Virus record (IMG/VR): IMGVR_UViG_3300019776_000550
Location: 27,499-91,498 of that record
Direction: 5' to 3' (one strand)
Length of the DNA stretch: 64,000 nucleotides
Origin: a virus
Shown here in pieces: positions 56,890 to 64,000 of the stretch. How positions within the stretch are numbered: the first letter of the stretch is position 1; the number at the start of each line of letters is the position of its first letter. The notes under the pieces are model-generated. The model was not told the DNA's origin. It did no database searches and worked only from the letters and a program-made list of their open reading frames with translations. A program made the position numbers and the translations under genes.

Positions 56890-59800
56890 AGTATAAAGGA
56901 ATGTGGTTAGATGGTAATCCTAACCAACAATCACCTAATACAACAAGAAAGAATAAAAATGTTGTTGTTTCTGAAAGATTAGGTAGTTGGACTAATGAAA
57001 AAGGTTTTTTAAAAATAAGAGATTTTTCGTTATTTCCTAATGGGGTCATTCCTTTAAATAGGAATGACTTTGTTGTTTTTAGTACTAATGATACTAATAG
57101 CGAAATAGGACTAATTGATTCTAATAATCAATATCGAGTTATTGTAAATAATAATCAACTTGGTTTTAAAAAGAATAATCCTATTCATGGTGAGTTTTTT
57201 ATTAATAATAAAAATGAAAGAATCATAACATGGACTGATGGAAACAAAACTCCTAAATGTCTTAATATTGATAATGTACCTGCTAATTTTACAACAGGTA
57301 AATTAGAATTATTTAATTATTCATATTCACCAAATGTAGTTAGTTCTTTAGAAGAATCAGGTTCATTATTAACAGGAGCATATTATATAGCATTGCAGTA
57401 TGTAAGAGATGATAATAGTACTAGCAATTGGTTTAAAAATTATAATCCTATATTTCTTACTAATAGTTCATCTAGTACAATTTATGCTAATTATTCAGGT
57501 TCAGAAGCTGAATTGTATAGTGGTAAAAGTATAAGATTAAATTTGACAAATGTAAATACTGATTATAAATATGTTAGAGTAGCTTATATTTATCAAGCAA
57601 ATGGAGTCAAAAAAGCATTTAAAATTAAAGATACTTTAATAAACGGAACATCTTTAAATTTAGTTATTACAGGTGATGAACAAAAAGAAACTTTAGAAAT
57701 AGATGAAATTATTATAGATAAAGCTATTTATAAATCAGTAAAACACCTTACAGATTTTAAAGGTACTTTGTATGGATTAGATGTTACTCAATATAACGAA
57801 CCTAATCAGCAGTCCTTTGTTAATAATCTTACTTTTAATTGGTGTTCTTATTTAATTAATCCTACTATTGATAATATTCCAGGTATAACAACTAATGTTA
57901 AAAACTCTTATAAATATCATAATTACAATAATCAACAAAGAAGTTTTTGTCATGATGAAGTTTATGTTATTTACATAAGATTTAAATATTATTGGGGTAG
58001 TGGTAAATGGTGGGTTTGTTCAGGTAGACCTGCTGTTGGAACAGAAAAAGATAATTCACAAGAAATAAAAGAAGTTGTAAATGGAGTAACTAAGTATTAT
58101 AAAAACTATCAAGTAAATGATACTTGTAGTTTAGTAGGTGATTATCTTGGTGGTAAAGAAGGTACATTTAGTTATTGGGAGAATGAAAACGAACCTTACC
58201 CTTCAACAGGATATTATCCTAATGGAAATGTTAGACATTTCAAGTTTCCTTCATTAAATTGGATGCGAAATAATGTTTATAACAATCAATTTTATGGGAC
58301 TGTATATATGGATATATTAGGTCTTAAATTAAATAATCTTAATTTATCATTATTTAAAGATTCAGAAGGTAATCCTGCTATAGGTTATGAAATAGGCTAT
58401 GCACAAAGAGATAATAACAATAGAGTAATATCACAATCATTAGGTATTAAAAGTTGGTTTAGAACTCTTAATGTTGGTAAATCAGAATTAGTTAGTCTGG
58501 GTGGTAACTGGTCTACATCAACAAATGGTTATTCTGAATCAGGAGCTTCTGCTTTTGAAAATTATTTGAGAACATATCCATTTGAATTGCTTTATACAAA
58601 AAATAATATTAAAGCAAATAGATTTAGATTAGAATATAAAATGAATACAACAGCTTCTGTTAATAAAAGACGTGTCAATACTAGTTATTACACTGGAACA
58701 GACGATAATCTTATAACAAGTTATTCTAAAGCAGTTGGTGTAGATTTTATAGAAAATGCATCTGTTAGTTCTATAGAATCTTATAAATTATATGAAGTAC
58801 TTAATCAAGAATATATTCCTACAAATATTTTTGATAATAACAAAAATAATATATTCGGAGAAGAGCATTATCTTATTAAATATAGTTCTATAAGTCCTAT
58901 ATTTTCTAATTTAGATAATTTTAATACAAAAGTAGACCAATTAGACCTTAATGCAACAACAGGTCAAATAAGAGAAGAAAATGGATTAATTACATTATTA
59001 AATATAAGTACAGATTATTATTACGATTTTAGAAAACAAAATATAATTAATACAGGTTATCAATTCAATATTTATTCTAATGATATTATTTGGGGAGGAG
59101 ATTCTTATATTTGTGATAATAATTTTAACACATATGGTATAAATTTAAATTCTAATTATGAAAATAAATATAGTCTTGATAGTATTGAAAATTCATCTGA
59201 AAAATATGATGATAAATGGAATGGTATAAGAACCTATCATAGATATTTATGTGAAAGTAGATATAATATCAATCTTAGATATATTAATCCTAAAAATAAA
59301 ACTTATACTACTTATTTTCCAAATACTGACCAATTTAATAAATTATCTTTTTTACATATTATGGAAAGAGATAATGACCCTAATATGTTTCAACAAGGTT
59401 ATTCTAAAGATTATCATGCTCAAAATAATATTGAATTTTCAACTATTTTTGATTATCAAGCTGAATATAATACTGTACAACCCTTTAGGATAATTAGGAG
59501 TGCGCCTATAAACAAAGAATTTGATATAAACAACTGGAGAGACTGGAGACAAAATGATTATTTTGAAATAACCAAAAACAAAGGTAAAGCTAAAAACATT
59601 GAAGCTAATAAAGACTTTATATATATACACTTTGAAAGAGAACTTTTAAGAACTGTAGGTAGAGAGAAATTTGATGTAGCTGGTAAAAATGTATTCATTG
59701 GATATGGAGATATATTTGAATCAGAACCAGAAGCTATAATTTATGATTCAAATGGTTATCTTGGTACACAACATAAATGGAGTTGTTTATCTACAATGTA

Positions 59801-60122
59801 TGGTTATGTTTTTTATGATGCTGAAAAAGGTATTTGGTGGTTAATTAGTGATAAACCTACTCCTATTTCTTCAAATGGATTCATGGATTTCTTTAGAAAT
59901 GTTGATACAGTTGAATTAGATAATCCTTTTAATGCTTATGGTATTATAACTTCATTTGATGAAGAGTACAAAAGATTACTTATTACTTTTAAAAACAAAG
60001 TTCTTAAAGCTCAATATAAAAATAAATTTAAAGGTGTTTGGAAAGATGAGCAAAATTTTATAAATTCATTGCGAAGTGGAGATATAGTTTTGAAAGACAA
60101 TAAATACATGAGAATACAATGA
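56886..60122 (+). CDS. tail stabilization/muzzle protein (P22 gp10-like), N-terminal part
   Basis: KGM..D, NEKG, WTDG...P..LNID, GSL..G.Y, RSF...EVY, RH.KFP, GGDSYI, GTQHKWS. Confidence 0.85.
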   Translation: MKYKGMWLDGNPNQQSPNTTRKNKNVVVSERLGSWTNEKGFLKIRDFSLFPNGVIPLNRNDFVVFSTNDTNSEIGLIDSNNQYRVIVNNNQLGFKKNNPIHGEFFINNKNERIITWTDGNKTPKCLNIDNVPANFTTGKLELFNYSYSPNVVSSLEESGSLLTGAYYIALQYVRDDNSTSNWFKNYNPIFLTNSSSSTIYANYSGSEAELYSGKSIRLNLTNVNTDYKYVRVAYIYQANGVKKAFKIKDTLINGTSLNLVITGDEQKETLEIDEIIIDKAIYKSVKHLTDFKGTLYGLDVTQYNEPNQQSFVNNLTFNWCSYLINPTIDNIPGITTNVKNSYKYHNYNNQQRSFCHDEVYVIYIRFKYYWGSGKWWVCSGRPAVGTEKDNSQEIKEVVNGVTKYYKNYQVNDTCSLVGDYLGGKEGTFSYWENENEPYPSTGYYPNGNVRHFKFPSLNWMRNNVYNNQFYGTVYMDILGLKLNNLNLSLFKDSEGNPAIGYEIGYAQRDNNNRVISQSLGIKSWFRTLNVGKSELVSLGGNWSTSTNGYSESGASAFENYLRTYPFELLYTKNNIKANRFRLEYKMNTTASVNKRRVNTSYYTGTDDNLITSYSKAVGVDFIENASVSSIESYKLYEVLNQEYIPTNIFDNNKNNIFGEEHYLIKYSSISPIFSNLDNFNTKVDQLDLNATTGQIREENGLITLLNISTDYYYDFRKQNIINTGYQFNIYSNDIIWGGDSYICDNNFNTYGINLNSNYENKYSLDSIENSSEKYDDKWNGIRTYHRYLCESRYNINLRYINPKNKTYTTYFPNTDQFNKLSFLHIMERDNDPNMFQQGYSKDYHAQNNIEFSTIFDYQAEYNTVQPFRIIRSAPINKEFDINNWRDWRQNDYFEITKNKGKAKNIEANKDFIYIHFERELLRTVGREKFDVAGKNVFIGYGDIFESEPEAIIYDSNGYLGTQHKWSCLSTMYGYVFYDAEKGIWWLISDKPTPISSNGFMDFFRNVDTVELDNPFNAYGIITSFDEEYKRLLITFKNKVLKAQYKNKFKGVWKDEQNFINSLRSGDIVLKDNKYMRIQ

Positions 60123-61426
60123 TTTTTCTTTCTGCACAACCTGATGATACTTATTTTATATGGCAATTACAAGTACTAACTAACAACCTTAAAGAGTTAG
60201 AAGTAGATAGAGAAAGTATTCATATTTTAGTAGGTTATAAAAAAGAAATTAATCCTCTTTGGGTTGAACATATAGATACTGTTTATGGTAATGTTCATTT
60301 TATAAAAGATGAAAGAGTTTCATCTACTTATTTATCTTCTATTAGACCTCATATTATTAAAAAGTTTATGATGGCTAACAGCAAATATTTAGATGAATAT
60401 ATATTTTATCATGATGCAGATATTCTATTCGGAGAAATACCTTTGTTTGAAGGTATGGAAGATGGTAGAGTTCATGTAAGTAGAACTTCATACATTGACT
60501 ATAGTTATATTACAAGTAAAAATTCACCTTCTTTGCTTAAAGACATGCTTAATGTAGTAGGTATTGATGAAACTACAGTAGCTGAAAGACAAAATAATAC
60601 AGGTGGAGCGCAATATTATTTCAAAGGATTAGGTTATAACTTTTGGGACAAGGTAGAAAGAGATTGTGAAATAATGTACAAAATGTATTTTAACAATCTT
60701 GATACTTATAAAAAAGAATTTGCTAGTGCAGGTAGAAGTATTGATGAATATGATTTTCAAATATGGACTACTGATATGTGGGTAGTTCTTTGGAATATTT
60801 GGTTATTAGGTTATAAAACTTATGCTAACAATGAATTAGACTTTGCTTGGCCTACTACTGATAAAAATGAATGGATTAAAAAGTATAAGATATTTCATAA
60901 TTCAGGAGTAAGTTCAAAAGAAAGATTTGATTTTTTATACAAGCAAGATTTTCATAATGTATTTCCTTATGGTCAAATTTCTCATTTACATCCACAAATT
61001 AAATTTGATAACGGGGTAGTAATAGATGTTACTCAACAAGTTTATATAGAAGCAATTAATAAAACAGGTGATATAATAAAAGGTTTAAACAAACTTAATA
61101 AAAATGTTATATCATGTGTATTAATTGTTAAAATTGATAATTTTGATTCTATAAAAGAATCAGTTGATAGTTTTATAAATCAAACTTATGCTAGCAAAGA
61201 ACTTATAATATTTAATATTAATGAAACAAATATTACACTACCTGAATCTTACAAAAAAAGAGGCATTAGGTTTATTAACATTACTCGCAGCTTTGTATCT
61301 AATGCGCCTTATGTTTCTTTAGAAAATGCTAGAAATGATGCTAATTCATTAGCTTTTGGTAGTAAAATTATTAGATGGGATAATATGTCTTATTTATCTG
61401 ATTATTTAGAAAAATTACATGGATAA
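60119..61426 (+). CDS. glycosyltransferase (GT-A, HDAD motif) fused to a truncated GT2-like domain
   Basis: SAQPDD.YF.WQ, Y.SSIRPH, FYHDADI, GGAQY, W..DMW..LWN.W, IFHNSGV; C-terminal ISCV...SF.NQTY..KELII. Confidence 0.75.
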   Translation: MIFLSAQPDDTYFIWQLQVLTNNLKELEVDRESIHILVGYKKEINPLWVEHIDTVYGNVHFIKDERVSSTYLSSIRPHIIKKFMMANSKYLDEYIFYHDADILFGEIPLFEGMEDGRVHVSRTSYIDYSYITSKNSPSLLKDMLNVVGIDETTVAERQNNTGGAQYYFKGLGYNFWDKVERDCEIMYKMYFNNLDTYKKEFASAGRSIDEYDFQIWTTDMWVVLWNIWLLGYKTYANNELDFAWPTTDKNEWIKKYKIFHNSGVSSKERFDFLYKQDFHNVFPYGQISHLHPQIKFDNGVVIDVTQQVYIEAINKTGDIIKGLNKLNKNVISCVLIVKIDNFDSIKESVDSFINQTYASKELIIFNINETNITLPESYKKRGIRFINITRSFVSNAPYVSLENARNDANSLAFGSKIIRWDNMSYLSDYLEKLHG

Positions 61427-62129
61427 TAATACTTATGTTGAAGTTGATTCATCATGGTTGGTAGATGTTAGTTTTACTATGTCTTATCAACCTGATGCTG
61501 ATTTATGGATTAGTTACCATGATTATATTCCTGATTTTGCATTTCATTTAAGGAATAATAAACTTCTCAGCTTCAATGCTAAAGGGTTGTATTTACATAA
61601 TCACGATAACAGATGTATTTTTTATAATAATCAAAGATTTGAAACTTACATTACACCTGTATTCACACCTTATTTAAAAGATAAAGAAGAAGTAGTTTAT
61701 CCATTTGTATTAAATGGTTTGAAATGGCTTACTGATGTTTTTGATTCAGAAAGAAGAAGGATAGATTCTACTTGGACGCATATTAGTTTACATAACTCAC
61801 TTCAATCTACTATTAAAATACCAATTGTAGTTTATAATAGTAGTTGCTCAAAAGTATCTCAATATGGAATTTACAATGTAAAACGAGTAATGAATCATTG
61901 GACTTTTTCAAGATTTAGAGATAATGTTGTGGCAAGAAATTTAAAGTCGCTTGACACACAAATAGACGATGAAGTTGAGGTTAATGTTAGCAAAGTGAAT
62001 TGCAATAATGTGCTAAAAGCTAGATTTAGAGATGATTACGTTTTAGTTAAGTTAAGTTATAATAATGTATCACAACATTTGTTGTGTTTTAATGAATTGC
62101 TTTTTGACTTTACTCCTGTAAAAATATGA
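61419..62129 (+). CDS. tail stabilization/muzzle protein, C-terminal part
   Basis: SFTMSY.....WISYHDYIP and terminal RFRDDYVLVKLSYNN, which normally form the muzzle C-terminus. Confidence 0.75.
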   Translation: MDNNTYVEVDSSWLVDVSFTMSYQPDADLWISYHDYIPDFAFHLRNNKLLSFNAKGLYLHNHDNRCIFYNNQRFETYITPVFTPYLKDKEEVVYPFVLNGLKWLTDVFDSERRRIDSTWTHISLHNSLQSTIKIPIVVYNSSCSKVSQYGIYNVKRVMNHWTFSRFRDNVVARNLKSLDTQIDDEVEVNVSKVNCNNVLKARFRDDYVLVKLSYNNVSQHLLCFNELLFDFTPVKI

Positions 62130-64000
62130 AAATAGATTCTGTAGATAGCGTTACATCTTATGAAACTGAAAGCAAACCATTAGATAATGGTGAAAAGTTT
62201 CAGATGTCTAATAAACCTAAAATTAAAGTAGGTAGTAGTCTTAGCGCACCTATTTATATACCTTATAAACCTGTAAATCCTAATCAACAAGCTAAAAAAG
62301 CTTATAACTATTATATAGGTAGAGGTGTAAAACCTAATGTAGCTGCTGGTATTGTAGGTAATTTGTATAAAGAGTCAGGCTTAAATCCAAATGCTGTAGG
62401 TGATAAAGGTACTGCATATGGAGTAGCTCAATGGAGAGGTAATAGGTTAAGCAATTTAAAAAATTATGCAGCTAAAAAAGGTAGGTCATATTCAGATTTA
62501 AATACTCAACTTGATTATATTTTAGATGAGCAAGGTGAAAATAATGTGTTAAAAGAAATGAACAATCAAACACCTGAACAAGCAGCTATGACTTTTGCAA
62601 ATAAATATGAAAGACCTAATCCTAAATATGCAGATTATAGTACACGTAGTTCAGTAGCTAAACAATTAGGACAAATGAAATATGGTGGTAATATTCCTAG
62701 ATTACAAGTAGGTGGTAAAACTCCAAGATATAAACCTCTTAAATACAAATATGATAATAAAGGTCGTAAAATAGCACTACTTAATGATAAAAATGAAGTT
62801 ATAAGAGAAATTGACCCTGCTACTGGAAGACCTAAGTATGGTAATCCTTTTAAAAAAGTAGGAGAACTATTAGGAGAAGCTAAGGATTATTTAGGTAAAA
62901 CCTATGATAAAGATGGTGTGTTAGGAGTAGTGGATGAAGTTATGTCTGCTCCTGCTAGAGGTGTAACTAAAGCTATTACAGGTAAATATCAAGACCCAAG
63001 TACAGCATTAGATATTAAAAATCCTTATGCTAAAATGGCAGTAGATATGGTATTAGACCCTACTAATTTATTACCCACGGCAGTATTAACCAAAGCTCTA
63101 AAAGTAGTTAAAGGAGCTAAAACAGTTAAAACTATTACGTTGGCGGCTGACCCTGCTTTTCAAGCATTAAGAAAAGCAGCTAAACAACATAATGTAGCTC
63201 GAAGAATATTGCAAGAGGGAGAGCATTTTACTAATATGAGAAAATATGCTGAAAATTTAGGATTTAATGCTGGAAATGCCGCTAAACCATATAAAAATAT
63301 TGAAGTAGCTAGAAAAATGAGTAAAGCTGACCCCCTTAAAGCAGGTTCAGCTTTACTTAATGATTTAATTAACATAGACAAACCTGATTCTAACAAACCT
63401 ACTATTAATAATAATCCTAATATTATATTTAATACTGTTAATTCTAATACTCCAAATAGAAAGAAATTACCTTCTTTATCTAATAATACAACCGCAGTAC
63501 AAAATAAACCTCAATACTCTATTCCAAAAAGTACAGAAGTACAAAATACTAATTCAATAGTAAAACCAGAGGCTTCTATTGATTCTGTTTCTTTACCAAG
63601 TGAAGAAATTTATATACAACCCACTCCTAAAAGAAGACCTCGTAGACATTCAGAATCTATTCGAGATTATGAGGATAGCTTTAAAAATAAACCATCAACA
63701 TCAGGTCAACACCATTACGAATTAATGGATGATTATTATAAAAGACTTCATAAAGAACATGTATACGGAATTAAAGAAGCTCCAAAATTAATTAGAAATC
63801 GATATGAGAGTCCTAAATATCCATATGGAGGAAATCTTAAATCATTAGATACTAATTACTTTGATAAATGGTATAGAAAAGGTAGATTGGGTCAATTAGT
63901 AAATAATCCTCCTAAAATAACTAAAAAAGCATTAGGTGGTTATTTACCCAAACATGGTTTAGGAGCAGGTACTATTTTAAATTTAATTTCAGGTGCATCT
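62126..64000 (+). CDS. virion cargo protein with phage-tail lysozyme domain (runs off window end)
   Basis: Not in track. Own translation from ATG 62126: AAGIVGNLYKESGLNP...AYGVAQWRGNR...QLDYI...FANKYERP; no stop seen in the parts translated (start and end of the ORF). Confidence 0.85.
   Translation, partial: MKIDSVDSVTSYETESKPLDNGEKFQMSNKPKIKVGSSLSAPIYIPYKPVNPNQQAKKAYNYYIGRGVKPNVAAGIVGNLYKESGLNPNAVGDKGTAYGVAQWRGNRLSNLKNYAAKKGRSYSDLNTQLDYILDEQGENNVLKEMNNQTPEQAAMTFANKYERPNPKYADYSTRSSVAKQLGQMKYGGNIPRLQVGGKTPRYKPLKYKYDNKGRKIALLNDKNEVIREIDPATGRPKYGNPFKKVGELLGEAKDYLGKTYDKDGVLGVVDEVMSAPARGVTKAITGKYQDPSTALDIKNPYAKMAVDMVLDPTNLLPTAVLTKALKVVKGAKTVKTITLAADPAFQALRKAAKQHNVARRILQEGEHFTNMRKYAENLGFNAGNAAKPYKNIEVARKMSKADPLKAGSALLNDLINIDKPDSNKPTINNNPNIIFNTVNSNTPNRKKLPSLSNNTTAVQNKPQYSIPKSTEVQNTNSIVKPEASIDSVSLPSEEIYIQPTPKRRPRRHSESIRDYEDSFKNKPSTSGQHHYELMDDYYKRLHKEHVYGIKEAPKLIRNRYESPKYPYGGNLKSLDTNYFDKWYRKGRLGQLVNNPPKITKKALGGYLPKHGLGAGTILNLISGAS

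Noticed and set aside
60119-61426. Group I/II intron or intein interrupting the muzzle gene
   Set aside because: No non-coding intron core, no homing nuclease and no intein termini; the ORFs overlap directly
28335-63396. Minus-strand ORFs within structural genes, and plus-strand 59251..59493
   Set aside because: Shadow or alternative-frame ORFs inside long conserved genes, with no recognisable motifs
1-64000. Stop-codon reassignment as in some crAss-like phages
   Set aside because: Long genes are intact under the standard code and pack tightly; TGA and TAG both end genes at sensible boundaries
1-64000. tRNA genes, integrase, transposase, reverse transcriptase/DGR
   Set aside because: No cloverleaf with a T-loop and no catalytic motifs were seen by eye; fibre repeats differ at synonymous sites, not specifically at adenines

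Overview
The window is an AT-rich 64 kb segment of a crAss-like (Crassvirales-type) dsDNA phage. It probably infects a Bacteroidota host, judging by A-rich translation starts without Shine-Dalgarno motifs and a TAnnTTTG promoter box. It uses the standard genetic code. The left arm (1-22929, minus strand) carries nucleotide metabolism and replication/recombination genes: dNMP kinase, MazG, GT2, UDG, Gp157, RusA-like resolvase, primase, AAA ATPase, DnaB, SF2 helicase and PolB. In transcription order these follow a set of small early genes interleaved with dense RNA structure. A divergent control region lies at about 22930-23390. The right arm (plus strand) encodes RepL-like, nuclease and Dps/GroES/HU accessory genes, then terminase, portal, capsid, fibre/spike and tail genes, and the start of a cargo protein with a lysozyme domain. 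Main observations: (1) the early transcript has a near-perfect twister ribozyme, a probable hammerhead ribozyme and about ten further structured RNA elements; (2) there is an orphan phage-encoded Csx15-like gene and an Acb2/Tad1-like gene, both candidate blockers of nucleotide-signalling immunity; (3) a candidate virion O-glycosylation system, in which a glycosyltransferase gene splits the tail muzzle gene and at least five virion-module proteins carry mucin-like poly-Thr/Ser tracts. All family calls come from motif recognition by eye, not database searches.
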